Below, in pieces: positions 27,274-38,932 of a DNA stretch of 64,000 nt. This stretch comes from an uncultured Eubacteriales bacterium. GTDB taxonomy: Bacteria > Bacillota > Clostridia > Oscillospirales > Oscillospiraceae. The position numbers were made by a program, and so were the translations under genes. Location: assembly GCA_900549545.1 (NCBI GenBank), contig URPA01000001.1, forward strand, positions 27,275 through 91,274. Direction: 5' to 3'. Under the pieces are notes generated by a model. The model was not told the origin of the DNA. It was given only the letters and a program-made list of their open reading frames with translations, and did not search any database. Every line of letters begins with the position of its first letter. Within the stretch, counting starts at the first letter, position 1.

Positions 27274-28584
27274 TTATGCCTCTTCTATTTCTATTTCGGC
27301 ATCATCGTCAGGCCGGCGCTTCAAAACGAGGTTTACAACAAGGCAGAGGGCGAGGACAACAAGCGTTGGCAGCAGCCACGCGAGGTCCATCCCGTAAAGC
27401 GGCAGGGAAGTGACGAATTTGCCGCGGTTGAAGGTACACACGGCGCTGAACACCAGAGCCGCGCCCACGCATACGCGGTAGAGCCAATCCGGCAGCTTAT
27501 CGCCCGCGATGGAGAGCAGGATGATAACCAGCATCGGCGGGTAGACAACATTTAAAATAGGTGATGCGAAGGCGATGATGCGGTCAAGCCCGAGGTTCGC
27601 CGCTGCGGCGGAGAACACGCAGATTATAGTTACAAGCAGGCTGTATTTGATCTTGCCGCCGGAGAGATTGCAGAAAAAGCTTGCAGCCGAGCTGACAAGG
27701 GCCACCGCCGTTGTTACACATGCCAGCGCGACAACTATGCCGAATACCGCCACGCCGACCTTGCCCAGAAGCAGGGTGACAATGTTGATGATAAGCTCCG
27801 CTCTGGTGAGCGGGGTTTTGTAAATGCGGGAGACGCTTGCGCCGAGGTAGGCAAGGCCGAGATAGACAACAAGCAGCAGAACGCCGGAGAGAATGGCCGC
27901 TCCCTGAACAATGCCGTTGCGCTCGGCAGAGTCCTTATAGCCCTTGTCGGCGGCGGATTTTAGAATAATGATGCCAAATACCATCGCCGCGAGAACGTCC
28001 ATGGTCTGGTATCCGGCTTTGAGCCCCGTGGAGACAACGGAATCAACCCAGGTCATATCCGAGGGCGTGCCCAGCGGGGAGACAATGCCTTTGATGATGA
28101 GCACCAGCAAGCCCAGCAGCAGAAGCGGCGTGAGCACCTTGCCGACTATATCGACCACGGCGGATTCCTTTATGCAAAGCAGCAGAATAAGCGCGAAAAA
28201 TATGATCGACACCACAAGTGACGAGGCGGAGGGAAGCAGCGGCAGAACGGACATTTCAAAGGTCGTGGCGGCGGTCCTCGGAATGGCGACCAGAGGGCCG
28301 ATACACAGCACGACAACGCTCATAAGCAGCGCGGCGGGCACCTTGCCAAGATGACCGGTTATCCCGTCCGGCCCGTCAGTGCGCAGAAGGACAAATATCG
28401 TCAGCATCGCGAGGCCAATATCTGAAATATAATAGGCGACAAAGCCAAGCAGCCACTCGCTGCCGGACTGAAGCCCCAAATACGGCGGGAAGATAACATT
28501 CCCCGCCCCAAAGAACATGGAGAACAGCGCAAAGCCAATAACAACACAGTCTTTCAGATGATTTTTGCTTTTGATTTTCTTCAC
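27274..28584 (-). CDS. brnQ: branched-chain amino acid transport system II carrier (LIVCS family)
   Basis: FFGAGNVIFPP signature with 12 predicted transmembrane helices. Confidence 0.8.
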   Translation of the reverse strand: MKKIKSKNHLKDCVVIGFALFSMFFGAGNVIFPPYLGLQSGSEWLLGFVAYYISDIGLAMLTIFVLLRTDGPDGITGHLGKVPAALLMSVVVLCIGPLVAIPRTAATTFEMSVLPLLPSASSLVVSIIFFALILLLCIKESAVVDIVGKVLTPLLLLGLLVLIIKGIVSPLGTPSDMTWVDSVVSTGLKAGYQTMDVLAAMVFGIIILKSAADKGYKDSAERNGIVQGAAILSGVLLLVVYLGLAYLGASVSRIYKTPLTRAELIINIVTLLLGKVGVAVFGIVVALACVTTAVALVSSAASFFCNLSGGKIKYSLLVTIICVFSAAAANLGLDRIIAFASPILNVVYPPMLVIILLSIAGDKLPDWLYRVCVGAALVFSAVCTFNRGKFVTSLPLYGMDLAWLLPTLVVLALCLVVNLVLKRRPDDDAEIEIEEA

Positions 28585-28819
28585 CGAATTCCTTCTTTCA
28601 TGCCAATTAATTCCATTTATCTAATAATAACACAGTTTGCACAAAAATCAAAGAAAAACAAGCCCGTTAAAAAAATATTTTGTAAAAGTTGAACAAGTGA
28701 CAATTTTTCGACCATAAAGAACAGAATAAAAGATAATTAAGCCCGTAACAAAGCCCGGTGTTGAAAGAATAAAAAAAATAGAGTATAATAATCCGAATCC
28801 CTTTAGATTGGAGAAAATT

Positions 28820-29302
28820 ATGGCTGAGCAAAAGACAAACGTCATGCGCACGCTTGAGCAGAAAAAGATAAAATATACCCCGCATGAGTACCCCCACGGT
28901 GATGAGGCAGTGGACGGGATGACCGTTGCGGGCATTCTCGGCATTGAGCCGGAGAGAATATTCAAGACTCTGGTTGCCCGCGGCGCGAGCAAGAAAATAT
29001 ATGTTTTTGTGCTGCCGGTCTGCGCGGAGCTTGAGCTTAAAAAGGCGGCGAAGGCGGCAGGGGAGAAGTCTGTTGCGATGGTGCACGTGAGCGAGATAAA
29101 CGCCCTGACCGGCTATATCCGCGGCGGCTGCTCGCCCATCGGCATGAAAAAGCGCTACCCCACTTTTTTTGACGAGAGCATCCTCAAACAGGAGACGGTG
29201 CTTGTCAGCGCGGGCAAGATAGGCCAGCAGGTGGAGCTTTCGCCCGCCACGCTCATTGAGCTTACCGGCGGCAAAACAGCAGATATCAAAACCGAGGAGT
29301 AA
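28820..29302 (+). CDS. ybaK: Cys-tRNA(Pro)/Cys-tRNA(Cys) deacylase YbaK
   Basis: YbaK/EbsC family. Start chosen at ATG 28820, after a GGAG Shine-Dalgarno. An in-frame TTG lies at 28808. Confidence 0.7.
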   Translation: MAEQKTNVMRTLEQKKIKYTPHEYPHGDEAVDGMTVAGILGIEPERIFKTLVARGASKKIYVFVLPVCAELELKKAAKAAGEKSVAMVHVSEINALTGYIRGGCSPIGMKKRYPTFFDESILKQETVLVSAGKIGQQVELSPATLIELTGGKTADIKTEE

Positions 29303-29305
29303 ACC

Positions 29306-32131
29306 ATGCAGAACACCATATTTATAAAGGGCGCAAGAGAAAATAACCTTAAAAATATTGATGTTGAGATACCAAGAGACAAGCTGGTTGTCATGACCGG
29401 GCTTTCAGGCAGCGGCAAATCCAGCCTCGCCTTCGATACAATTTACGCCGAAGGCCAGCGCCGGTACGTGGAGAGCCTCAGCTCCTACGCGCGGATGTTC
29501 CTCGGTCAGATGGATAAGCCCGATGTGGACTATATTGACGGGCTTTCCCCGGCAATTTCCATCGACCAGAAGACTACCTCCCGCAACCCCCGCTCCACCG
29601 TCGGCACGGTGACGGAGATTTATGACTATCTGCGCCTTTTGTGGGCGCGCATCGGCGTGCCGCACTGCCCTAAATGCGGCAAGGAGATCCGCCGCCAGAG
29701 CATTGACCAGATAGTTGACCGCATCATGGAGCTGCCGCAGGGGACGAAGATCCAGCTTTTATCCCCGGTCGTGCGCGGCAGAAAGGGCGAGCACGTCAAG
29801 ATTTTTGAGGACGCGAAGAAATCCGGCTACGTCCGCGCCCGGGTGGACGGAATAATCTATGAGCTTTCCGAGGAAATAAAGCTCGAAAAAAATAAAAAGC
29901 ACAATATTGAGATAGTTGTGGACAGGCTTGCCATAAAGCCGGACATTGTCCGCCGCCTGACGGACTCCGCCGAGACTGCGCTTGCCCTCTCGGGGGGGCT
30001 GCTGTTTGTGGAGCTTGTACCCGACGGGGAGGTGCTCAGCTTTTCGCAGAACTACGCCTGCGACGACTGCGGCATTTCGATGGAGGAGCTTGCCCCGCGC
30101 CTGTTTTCCTTCAACAGCCCGCAGGGGGCATGTCCGGAGTGCACGGGCCTTGGCATGAAGATGCTCATTGACCCGGAGCTTATCATGCCCAATCCCAAGC
30201 TCAGCATTATGGACGGGGGCATTACGGCCTCCGGCTGGAGCAATGTCCGCTCGGACGGGATAGCCAAGATGTATTTTGACGCGCTGGGCCGCCGCTATCA
30301 CTTTAAGCTCACAGACCCGATAAAGGACCTCTCCCCGGAGGCCATAAAGGCTATTTTGTACGGCACCAAGGGCGAGCCGCTTGAGCTGCACTATGAAAAG
30401 AGCGAGGGCTACGGCGTCATAAAGCGGGAGTTTGAGGGCATTGTCAACAATCTTGAGCGCCGCTATAAGGAGACGCAGAGCGCCGCCATGCGCGCGGATA
30501 TCGAGGAGTGCATGTCCGAGATACCATGCCCAAAGTGCGGCGGAAGAAGGCTAAAGCCCACGGCGCTGGCTGTGACGGTGGGCGGCATGAACATTGCCGA
30601 TTTTACCGACCTCTCCGTTGTGAAGGCGCTGGACTTTGTAAACGGCCTGACGCTTAACGAGAAGGAGACAATAATTGCCGAGCGCATTTTGAAGGAGATA
30701 AAATCCCGCCTGGGCTTTTTGCAGAGCGTGGGTCTTGGCTATCTGACCCTCTCCCGCGCCGCGGGGACGCTCTCCGGCGGCGAGAGCCAGCGCATCCGCC
30801 TTGCAACGCAGATAGGCTCAAGCCTGATGGGCGTGCTGTATATTCTCGACGAGCCGAGCATCGGACTGCACCAGCGGGACAATGAAAAGCTTCTGCGCAC
30901 CCTCTGCCGTCTGCGCGATCTGGGCAACACCCTGATTGTCGTTGAGCATGATGAGGACACCATGCGCAGCGCGGATTATATCGTGGACATCGGCCCCGGC
31001 GCGGGTATAAACGGCGGCAAGGTCGTCGCCGCGGGCAGCGTGGAGGATATCTGTGCCTGCCCCGAGTCCATAACCGGGCAGTATCTCAGCGGGAAAAAGT
31101 TCATCCCCATCCCCGCCGAGCGGCGAAAGGGCAACGGGTACAGCATTGTTATCCGCGGCGCAAGAGAGAATAACCTTAAAAACATCGATGTTGAGATACC
31201 GCTGGGTGAGCTCGTGTGCGTCACGGGGGTATCCGGCAGCGGCAAGTCCTCGCTTATTAACGAGGTTTTGTACAAGACTCTCGCGGCGGAGAAAAACCGC
31301 GTCAAGGTGCGCCCCGGCAAGTGCGACAGGGTTGACGGGCTTGAGTTTGTGGACAAGGTCATTGCCCTCGACCAGAGCCCCATCGGCCGCACGCCGCGCT
31401 CTAACCCAGCGACCTACACAGGGGTATTTAACGACATTCGCGAGCTTTTCGCTCAGACTCAGGACGCGAGGCTCCGGGGCTACTCTGCCGGGCGCTTCTC
31501 CTTTAATGTCAAGGGCGGCCGCTGCGAGGCCTGCTCCGGCGATGGGCTTGTGAAGATAGAGATGCACTTTCTGCCGGATGTGTTCGTGCCCTGCGACGTC
31601 TGCGGCGGCAAGCGCTATAACCGCGAGACGCTGGAGGTCAAGTATAAGGGCAAAAACATTTCCGAGGTGCTGGACATGACCGTGGAGGAGGCCTGCTCCT
31701 TCTTTGAAAACCAGCCCCGCATCCTCGGCAAAATTCAGACGCTTTTTGACGTTGGCCTCGGCTATGTGCGCCTTGGTCAGTCGAGCACGACACTCTCCGG
31801 CGGCGAGGCGCAGCGCGTGAAGCTCGCGACGGAGCTGTCAAAGCGCAGCACCGGCAAGACCGTCTATGTGCTCGACGAGCCGACAACGGGCCTGCACATT
31901 GCTGACGTCCACCGGCTTATCGAGATACTCAACCGCCTTGTCGAGGCGGGGAACACCGTTATTGTAATCGAGCATAACCTTGATGTCATAAAGGTTGCCG
32001 ACCATATAATCGACCTTGGCCCCGAGGGGGGCGACGATGGCGGAACCCTCGTCTTTGAGGGGACGCCCGAGGACTGCGCCAAGTGCGGCGAGAGCTACAC
32101 CGGCCAGTTTTTGGAGAAAATGCTGAAATAA
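29306..32131 (+). CDS. uvrA: excinuclease ABC subunit A
   Basis: 941 aa with two ABC modules and the canonical UvrA N-terminal sequence. Confidence 0.95.
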   Translation: MQNTIFIKGARENNLKNIDVEIPRDKLVVMTGLSGSGKSSLAFDTIYAEGQRRYVESLSSYARMFLGQMDKPDVDYIDGLSPAISIDQKTTSRNPRSTVGTVTEIYDYLRLLWARIGVPHCPKCGKEIRRQSIDQIVDRIMELPQGTKIQLLSPVVRGRKGEHVKIFEDAKKSGYVRARVDGIIYELSEEIKLEKNKKHNIEIVVDRLAIKPDIVRRLTDSAETALALSGGLLFVELVPDGEVLSFSQNYACDDCGISMEELAPRLFSFNSPQGACPECTGLGMKMLIDPELIMPNPKLSIMDGGITASGWSNVRSDGIAKMYFDALGRRYHFKLTDPIKDLSPEAIKAILYGTKGEPLELHYEKSEGYGVIKREFEGIVNNLERRYKETQSAAMRADIEECMSEIPCPKCGGRRLKPTALAVTVGGMNIADFTDLSVVKALDFVNGLTLNEKETIIAERILKEIKSRLGFLQSVGLGYLTLSRAAGTLSGGESQRIRLATQIGSSLMGVLYILDEPSIGLHQRDNEKLLRTLCRLRDLGNTLIVVEHDEDTMRSADYIVDIGPGAGINGGKVVAAGSVEDICACPESITGQYLSGKKFIPIPAERRKGNGYSIVIRGARENNLKNIDVEIPLGELVCVTGVSGSGKSSLINEVLYKTLAAEKNRVKVRPGKCDRVDGLEFVDKVIALDQSPIGRTPRSNPATYTGVFNDIRELFAQTQDARLRGYSAGRFSFNVKGGRCEACSGDGLVKIEMHFLPDVFVPCDVCGGKRYNRETLEVKYKGKNISEVLDMTVEEACSFFENQPRILGKIQTLFDVGLGYVRLGQSSTTLSGGEAQRVKLATELSKRSTGKTVYVLDEPTTGLHIADVHRLIEILNRLVEAGNTVIVIEHNLDVIKVADHIIDLGPEGGDDGGTLVFEGTPEDCAKCGESYTGQFLEKMLK

Positions 32132-32149
32132 ATTTGAACGGAGAATTCC

Positions 32150-34369
32150 ATGGATAGGGAAAACCGGCTTATCGAGCTGTCCGGGACAGTTGACTCGGTA
32201 ATTTATAAAAATGAAGAGAACGGTTATACCGTGCTGCGCCTGACCGATGAAAACGGCGAGAGCGTCACGGCGGTGGGCTGCTTTCCCTATGCCGCTGCCG
32301 GGGAGTCGATGATCCTCAGCGGGGACTGGATGACCCACAGCGTCCACGGGCGGCAGTTCAAGGCCGAGTTTGCCCAGAGAATGATGCCCTCCGGCGCGAG
32401 GGCGATTTACAGCTACCTTGCCGGGGGCGCGGTGAAGGGCATAGGCCCCGCTACCGCCTCCGTGATAATTGACCGCTTCGGCGATAACGCGCTGGACGTG
32501 CTTGAAAATTCCCCGGAAAAGCTTGCGGAGCTGCGGGGCATAAGCATGGCCAAGGCGCAGCAGATAAGCAAGGATTTCCGCCGGCAGACGGGGCTTCGGC
32601 GGCTGATGGAGTTTATATGCTCCTTCGGTCTTAGGCCAATCCTCGCCATGAGACTATATAAATTCTATGGCGACAGCGCCCTTTCAATGGTTCAGGATAA
32701 CCCGTACATAATCTCTGCCGAGCATATCGGCGGCAGCTTTGCCGAGGCGGACGCCCTCGCCCTTGAGATGGGCATGGACGGCTTTTCGATGAACAGAATA
32801 AAGGCCGCCCTGCTCTTTGAGCTGCGCCATAATACCGGCAACGGCCACTGCTTTATCCCACGGGAAAAGCTCTCCGCCGCCACGGCCCAGCTTATTGGCG
32901 TCTCCGAGGAGGATGCGGACAGGGGCATTGAGGAGCTTATTGACTCCGCCCAGCTTAAATTTGAGGTCGTCTCCGGCACCAACGCCTGCTACCTGCCGGA
33001 GCTCTATGAGGCCGAGACGGACTGTGCCCGCCGCCTTGCCGCCATGTGCATGGATAAGCGCGAGGAGACGGCGGATATCGCGGGCATAGTAAAACGCCTT
33101 CAGCAGCGGCAGAGAATAAAATACACCGAATTGCAGCTTAAAACCCTGGAGCTGGCGCTTAAAAACCGCGTCGTTATTCTGACCGGCGGCCCCGGAACAG
33201 GTAAGACGACATCATTGCGGGCGATTCTTGCGCTGTTTGACGCGCTGGGGTATAAGACCCTGCTCACCGCGCCAACAGGCCGGGCCGCAAAGCGCATGGC
33301 GGAGCTTACCGGCGCGGAGGCGCAGACCGTTCACCGGCTGCTCGGCGCGAAGTTTGACGATGACGGCGAGCGGGTGGTCTTTGGAAAAAACGAGAAGGAC
33401 AGGCTTTCCTGCGACGCGGTGATTTTGGACGAGGCGTCGATGGTGGATATCCTGCTGATGGACGCGATGATGCGCGCCCTGCCGCCGGACGCAAGGCTTA
33501 TAATGGTGGGGGACGCTGACCAGCTTCCGCCCGTAGGCCCGGGGAATGTGTTTTCCGCGATGATACGAAGCGGCGTTGTGCCCACCGTGCGCCTGAAGGA
33601 AATTTTCCGCCAGAACGAGGGCAGCAGGATAGTTCGCAACGCTCACATGATCAACCGGGGCGAGTACCCCAATTTATCCGAAAACGCGGGGGATTTCTTC
33701 CGGCTCAAGCGTTTGCAGGCCGCGGGCGCCATCGAGACGGTTGCCGAGCTTTGCACAACGCGCCTGCCCAATAAAATGCACATCCCGTCTGAGGACATTC
33801 AGGTGCTATCTCCCACGCGAAAAGGGGAGCTTGGCACAGTGAATCTCAACAAGCACCTCCAGCAGGCGCTCAACCCGCCCAAGGAGGGCAAGCGCGAAAA
33901 GCTCTTCGGTGAGAGCGTTTTCCGCGAGGGTGACAGGGTCATGCAGATACGCAATAATTACGATATCATCTGGCAGAGCGCCGACGGTAAGCTCAGCGGC
34001 GCAGGAATTTATAACGGCGATATTGGAAAAATAATTGCGGTTGACCTTGAGAGCGAAATTCTGAAGGTGGATTTTGACGGGCGCATAGCGAGCTACGGCT
34101 TTGACGGGCTGATGGAGCTTGAGCACGCCTGGGCAATGACCGTGCACAAATCCCAGGGCAGCGAGTACCGGGCGGTGATCCTCACCCTCGGCGCGAGCGC
34201 TCAGGCGCTGCTTACAAGGGGAGTGCTGTATACGGCGGTGACAAGGGCGAAGGAGCTTTTGATCATAGTCGGCGATGAACAGACGGCCTACCGCATGATT
34301 GATAACTTCCGCCAGTCCCGGCGCTATTCCGCACTGCGCGTGCGCCTTATGGAGCTCTGCGGCGTATGA
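32150..34369 (+). CDS. recD2: ATP-dependent RecD-like DNA helicase (RecD2/YrrC)
   Basis: RecD2 family sequence with an N-terminal HhH/OB region, Walker A motif GGPGTGKTT and a C-terminal SH3-like region. Confidence 0.85.
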   Translation: MDRENRLIELSGTVDSVIYKNEENGYTVLRLTDENGESVTAVGCFPYAAAGESMILSGDWMTHSVHGRQFKAEFAQRMMPSGARAIYSYLAGGAVKGIGPATASVIIDRFGDNALDVLENSPEKLAELRGISMAKAQQISKDFRRQTGLRRLMEFICSFGLRPILAMRLYKFYGDSALSMVQDNPYIISAEHIGGSFAEADALALEMGMDGFSMNRIKAALLFELRHNTGNGHCFIPREKLSAATAQLIGVSEEDADRGIEELIDSAQLKFEVVSGTNACYLPELYEAETDCARRLAAMCMDKREETADIAGIVKRLQQRQRIKYTELQLKTLELALKNRVVILTGGPGTGKTTSLRAILALFDALGYKTLLTAPTGRAAKRMAELTGAEAQTVHRLLGAKFDDDGERVVFGKNEKDRLSCDAVILDEASMVDILLMDAMMRALPPDARLIMVGDADQLPPVGPGNVFSAMIRSGVVPTVRLKEIFRQNEGSRIVRNAHMINRGEYPNLSENAGDFFRLKRLQAAGAIETVAELCTTRLPNKMHIPSEDIQVLSPTRKGELGTVNLNKHLQQALNPPKEGKREKLFGESVFREGDRVMQIRNNYDIIWQSADGKLSGAGIYNGDIGKIIAVDLESEILKVDFDGRIASYGFDGLMELEHAWAMTVHKSQGSEYRAVILTLGASAQALLTRGVLYTAVTRAKELLIIVGDEQTAYRMIDNFRQSRRYSALRVRLMELCGV

Positions 34370-35016
34370 AGCTGACGGAAAAGCTGCTTGATTTGTTATA
34401 CCCGCCGCGCTGCGCATTCTGCCGGAGGCTTCTGTGGAGGGACGCGCTTATGTGCCCGGAGTGTGCAAAGTCCCTGCCATACACCGGCGCTGCCGCAAGG
34501 TATGGGAAAATAGCGCACATTGCCGGTTGCGTCTCGCCGCTATACTATGAGGGGGACGTGCGCGCCTCGCTTTTGCGATATAAATTTCATTCCTTAACAG
34601 CTTATTCAAAGGTTTATAGTAAAATTATTGTAAAATGTATTGACGAATGTCAAATTTCCTGCGATATTATCACATGGGTACCTTTGTCCGCCAAGAGACT
34701 GCGCAAGCGCGGCTATGACCAGGCGCGGCTGCTGGCGGAGGAGATTGCGCGGGAAAAGAACATCCCATGCGTCCGTCTGCTGAAAAAGACGGTCAACAAT
34801 CCCGCCCAGTCGGGTACCGGCAGCCCGGAAAAGCGCAAAGCCAACGTTGCCGGGGTGTATGCCTATGCGCCGGACAGGCCCCTTGACGGAAAATCCGTGC
34901 TGCTGATTGACGATATTGTCACCACCGGGGCGACGCTCAGCGAATGCGCACGTGTATTGAAGGCAGAGGGCGCGGGGCCGGTTTACGCCGCGACCCTCGC
35001 CAGAACAAGAGAATAA
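34366..35016 (+). CDS. comFC: ComF-family protein (ComFC-like phosphoribosyltransferase)
   Basis: N-terminal Cys4 motif (CAFCRR...CPEC) and a PRTase motif VLLIDDIVTTGAT. Its start overlaps the recD2 stop. Confidence 0.75.
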   Translation: MKLTEKLLDLLYPPRCAFCRRLLWRDALMCPECAKSLPYTGAAARYGKIAHIAGCVSPLYYEGDVRASLLRYKFHSLTAYSKVYSKIIVKCIDECQISCDIITWVPLSAKRLRKRGYDQARLLAEEIAREKNIPCVRLLKKTVNNPAQSGTGSPEKRKANVAGVYAYAPDRPLDGKSVLLIDDIVTTGATLSECARVLKAEGAGPVYAATLARTRE

Positions 35017-35050
35017 TTAAGTTGTGATATAGATATTGAGGTGAAGCCGA

Positions 35051-36079
35051 ATGGTCATTTTTGAAAAAGATATTGCGGTTGACATGGGAACAGCTTCTAC
35101 TATGCTCTTTGAGCAGGGAAAGGGTATTGTCTCCAGAGAGCCCACTGTTGTGGCTGTCAACAAGTTCAACGGCAAAATATTAAAGGTCGGGCAGGAGGCC
35201 CAGCGTATGCTCGGGCGCACCCCGGCGGACACTGTCGCCATCCATCCCGTGTGCGACGGCGTGATTTCCGACTATGATATCGCGGCGCAGATGCTGCGGG
35301 AGCTTGTTTCGAGAGTGACCTCCGCAAGCCTCTTTAAGCCGAGGATTCTCTGCTGTGTCCCGAGCAGCATTTCCGGCGTTGAGGAGCGCGCCATGATTGA
35401 CGCCGCCATCGAGGCCGGCGGCAGAAAGGTCTACCTCTTTGAAACCGCAGTCGCCACGGCGCTTGGCGCAGGGATAGATATCTCCAAGCCTGACGGGCAC
35501 CTGGTCGTTGATATCGGCGGCGGGACAACGGATATCGCCATAGTCTCCGCCGGCGGCGTTGTCGAGTGCGAGTCTATTAACGCGGCGGGTGCTGCGTTTG
35601 ACGAGTCTATCGTCAAGTTTATCCGCCGCAAGCACAATATGCTTATCGGCCTTGGCGCTGCGGAGGAGCTCAAACGCAGCATCGGCGGCGTTATCCAGCG
35701 CCCGGATGTCGGCCTTGAGGAGGTAAAGGGCCGCAGCCTGACTAACGGCTTCCCGAAGGTCGTCCAAATCAGCGCGGCGGAGCTTATCGAGGCCTTTGTT
35801 GAGCCGATGAACCGCATACTTGAGGGCATACACACCGTGCTCGAGCGTACCCCGCCTCAGCTCGTGGGCGACCTTGCGCAAAACGGCATCATCATGTCCG
35901 GCGGCGGGAGCCTGCTATACGGTATTGACAGACTTGTCGAGCGCAGCACCGGAATACGCACCACGGTCGTGGACGATGCTATCTCCTGCGCTGCCTACGG
36001 CGCGGGCAAAATGCTCAAGCACCTTGACGACATGCAGGACGGCATGATGAATTTCCACCGCCGCAGACAGTTAAAATAA
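35051..36079 (+). CDS. mreB: rod-shape-determining actin homologue MreB/Mbl
   Basis: MreB family sequence with actin-fold motifs (DIGGGTTDIAIVS). Confidence 0.85.
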   Translation: MVIFEKDIAVDMGTASTMLFEQGKGIVSREPTVVAVNKFNGKILKVGQEAQRMLGRTPADTVAIHPVCDGVISDYDIAAQMLRELVSRVTSASLFKPRILCCVPSSISGVEERAMIDAAIEAGGRKVYLFETAVATALGAGIDISKPDGHLVVDIGGGTTDIAIVSAGGVVECESINAAGAAFDESIVKFIRRKHNMLIGLGAAEELKRSIGGVIQRPDVGLEEVKGRSLTNGFPKVVQISAAELIEAFVEPMNRILEGIHTVLERTPPQLVGDLAQNGIIMSGGGSLLYGIDRLVERSTGIRTTVVDDAISCAAYGAGKMLKHLDDMQDGMMNFHRRRQLK

Positions 36080-36098
36080 ATAACCGGGAGGCGTTTCA

Positions 36099-36848
36099 AT
36101 GGACAGCTTAAAAGTTCAGAAAGCCCTGGCAAAATTCAAAAAGAAAAATACGGACGAGCCGCCCCACTGCTCGGCTGTTATCGTCGCTGCGGGCAGCTCC
36201 AGCCGCATGGGGCATGACAAGATAATGGGCTCCCTGGGTGGTATCCCCGTGCTTGTGAGAACCTTGCGCGCCTTCGAGGAGTCCGAGTATGTGGACGAGA
36301 TTATTCTTGTCACAAGGCTTGAAATGATTGAGCACGCCGCTATGCTCTGCGATAAATACGGCATCAGCAAGATATCCAAGGTCATATGCGGCGGCAAGAC
36401 GAGAACGGAATCCGCCCTCTGTGGCGTTTCCGAGACGAAAAAGGGCGCAAAGCTCATCGCCATTCACGACGGGGCAAGGCCGCTTGTGAGCCAGCAGCTC
36501 ATAAAAAGAGTTGTCTACGCCGCGCGGGATAACTATTCCGCCGTCCCCGCCATAAAATGCACCGACACCATGAAGGTGGTCGACAGCGAGGGCGTTGTCT
36601 GCGGCAGCGTTGACAGGGACAGCTTTATGCGCATCCAGACGCCGCAGGTCTTTGAAGCGTCGTTTATAAAGGGCGCGCTCACCAAGGCCGTCAAGGACGG
36701 CATAACCCTGACGGATGACTGCTCCGCCATGGACATGATGGGCATTAAAACCGTCACCGTTGAGGGCGAGGAGAGCAACATTAAGCTCACAACGCCCTTT
36801 GACATGGCCGTTGCCGAGGCTATACTCAAAGGCAGGTCTAAAGTATGA
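36099..36848 (+). CDS. ispD: 2-C-methyl-D-erythritol 4-phosphate cytidylyltransferase
   Basis: IspD family motifs ([13 protein letters not shown]). Confidence 0.85.
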   Translation: MDSLKVQKALAKFKKKNTDEPPHCSAVIVAAGSSSRMGHDKIMGSLGGIPVLVRTLRAFEESEYVDEIILVTRLEMIEHAAMLCDKYGISKISKVICGGKTRTESALCGVSETKKGAKLIAIHDGARPLVSQQLIKRVVYAARDNYSAVPAIKCTDTMKVVDSEGVVCGSVDRDSFMRIQTPQVFEASFIKGALTKAVKDGITLTDDCSAMDMMGIKTVTVEGEESNIKLTTPFDMAVAEAILKGRSKV

Positions 36849-37318
36849 GAATCGGCCATGGCTACGATGTGCACCGGCTCGTGCCGGAGCGAAAGCTCAT
36901 CCTCGGCGGGGTGGAGGTGCCCTATGAGCTGGGGCTTTTGGGCCATTCGGATGCCGATGTGCTGACCCATGCGCTGATGGACGCGCTCCTTGGTGCGGCG
37001 GCGCTGGGGGATATCGGCGGTCATTTTCCGGACAATGACCCCAAATATGAGGGCGCGGACAGCATCGCTCTTTTGCGCGAGGTCGTTGCCATCATCGACG
37101 CGGCGGGCTATCGGGTTGAGAATGTGGACTGCACGGTTCTTGCCCAGCGGCCAAAGCTCAAGCCATTTATCCCGGCCATGCGTGAGCGCCTTGCACAGGC
37201 AATGGGGCTTGACGTGTCGGCGGTGAGCGTCAAGGCCACAACAGAAGAGGGGCTCGGCTTTACCGGCGAGGGGCTTGGCATAGCCGCCCACGCGGTCGCG
37301 CTTATCGAGATAAATTAA
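36845..37318 (+). CDS. ispF: 2-C-methyl-D-erythritol 2,4-cyclodiphosphate synthase
   Basis: IspF family motif [10 protein letters not shown]. Overlaps the ispD stop. Confidence 0.9.
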   Translation: MRIGHGYDVHRLVPERKLILGGVEVPYELGLLGHSDADVLTHALMDALLGAAALGDIGGHFPDNDPKYEGADSIALLREVVAIIDAAGYRVENVDCTVLAQRPKLKPFIPAMRERLAQAMGLDVSAVSVKATTEEGLGFTGEGLGIAAHAVALIEIN

Positions 37319-37444
37319 CAGGTTTCGCCGTAGAGCATAAGATGTTATGTATCTGTGCGCTATGGCGGGATATATCACGCAGGACAGAGATGCCCTGCGT
37401 TTTTTATATTTGTGCCGCAAAGTTGCGGCTGATAGGAGCGAGAT

Positions 37445-37696
37445 ATGACTCAATATCTGATAATGTGCCGTTCACTGACCGCCGCCCAGAAATCCGCAAG
37501 GCTTCTGGAGCGCTCAGGGATAACGGCGGTTGTGATAAAAGCGCCGCAGCACCTCTCCGGCAACGGCTGCGGATATTCGGTGGCCCTGCACTCAAGGCTC
37601 AGGGAGGCGGCGGCTCTGCTGAGAAAATACCAGATGCTCAGTGGGAAAATCTATGAGAGCGTGGACGGCGGAGAGTATACGGAGGTACGGCCTTGA
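37445..37696 (+). CDS. small DUF3343-like protein, putative sulfur/selenium carrier (tentative)
   Basis: 83 aa. Its stop overlaps the cysteine desulfurase start. Similar small genes are commonly paired with class V aminotransferases. Confidence 0.4.
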   Translation: MTQYLIMCRSLTAAQKSARLLERSGITAVVIKAPQHLSGNGCGYSVALHSRLREAAALLRKYQMLSGKIYESVDGGEYTEVRP

Positions 37697-38805
37697 TTTA
37701 TCTTGATAACGGCGCGACCACGCTCATAAAGCCCGTATCAGTGGGCCGGGCGGTATCTGAGGCAATGCGCAGCATGGCAAGCCCCGGGCGGGGCGGGCAC
37801 CCGCCCGCCATGCTCGCGGCGGAGACGGTATACGCCTGCCGGGAAGCGGCGGCGGAGCTTTTCAACGTCCCGGAGCCGGAGCAGGTGGTCTTTACCATGA
37901 ACGCGACCCATGCCCTGAACATCGCCATAAATTCACTTGCCAGAGCCGGGGAGCGGGTTGTTGTGTCCGGCTTTGAGCACAATTCCGTTACCCGCCCGCT
38001 GACGGCAAAGGGCGCGGAGCTTGTATACGCGGGCACAAAGCTCTTTGACGCGGCGGACACTCTTGAGGACTTTGACAGTAAGCTCAAGGGCGCGGGGCTG
38101 TGCGTCTGCACACATGTATCCAATGTGTTTGGCTATGTTCTGCCGATTTATGAGATAGCGGAGCTCTGCCGCCGCCGCAGTGTGCCGCTTATCGTAGATG
38201 CCTCACAGTCGGCGGGGGTGCTGGATGTGGATATGCAGAAGCTCGACGCGGAGTTTATCGCCATGCCTGGGCACAAGTCCCTTTTCGGCCCGCAGGGAAC
38301 GGGGATACTGCTGTGTAAAAACATGGCAAAACCCTATATGTTCGGCGGCTCCGGCTCAGACAGCGTCCCTCAGCATATGCCGGATTACCTGCCCGACGGC
38401 CTTGAAGCGGGGACGCACAATGTCTGCGGAATAGCGGGCCTTCTGGCGGGGATAAACTACGTCAGAGCCACCGGAACCGGGAACATCCTCCGCCATGAGC
38501 AGCGGCTTTTGAAAACCATGGTGAGTGAGCTTGACGGCAGCGGCGCTGAGCTTTTCACCGGCCCTGGGCAGAGCGGCGTTTTGTCCCTGCGGGTAAAGGG
38601 CATGGACTGCGAGCAGGTGGCGGAGGGGCTTTCTCAGCGCGGCATCTGCGTGCGCTCGGGCATGCACTGCGCCCCCACGGCCCACCGCAGCGCCGGGACG
38701 CTCGATACCGGCACGGTGCGTCTGAGCTTTTCACCATTTAACGACGAGCGGCAGATAAAAACCGCCTGCGCGGCCATCAGGGAAATTGCGGAAAAAGGGA
38801 AATAG
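37693..38805 (+). CDS. cysteine desulfurase-family aminotransferase class V
   Basis: PLP-binding lysine context (AMPGHKSLFGPQG) and an active-site cysteine region (RSGMHCAPT). Confidence 0.75.
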   Translation: MIYLDNGATTLIKPVSVGRAVSEAMRSMASPGRGGHPPAMLAAETVYACREAAAELFNVPEPEQVVFTMNATHALNIAINSLARAGERVVVSGFEHNSVTRPLTAKGAELVYAGTKLFDAADTLEDFDSKLKGAGLCVCTHVSNVFGYVLPIYEIAELCRRRSVPLIVDASQSAGVLDVDMQKLDAEFIAMPGHKSLFGPQGTGILLCKNMAKPYMFGGSGSDSVPQHMPDYLPDGLEAGTHNVCGIAGLLAGINYVRATGTGNILRHEQRLLKTMVSELDGSGAELFTGPGQSGVLSLRVKGMDCEQVAEGLSQRGICVRSGMHCAPTAHRSAGTLDTGTVRLSFSPFNDERQIKTACAAIREIAEKGK

Positions 38806-38841
38806 TTCAAAAGATTTTAACATTATAATCACCGCTTAATG

Positions 38842-38870
38842 TTGCCAACCGGAAGAAAATGCTGTATAAT
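38842..38870 (+). promoter_or_regulatory. candidate promoter for cdaA
   Basis: TTGCCA, a 17-bp spacer, and TATAAT carrying the upstream TG of an extended -10. Confidence 0.45.
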
Positions 38871-38932
38871 ATGCTGATAAGATTTTGCGGTGAGCTGGGC
38901 CGCGCTTTTGAAAAATTTGAACGGAGATTCTT

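Noticed and set aside
27274-28807. Looked for a T-box leader or CodY box upstream of brnQ on the minus strand
   Set aside because: No T-box consensus (AATTAGGGTGGTACCGCG, or its complement on the plus strand) is present. There is only a weak partial CodY-like AATTTTTCG match, not enough to call.
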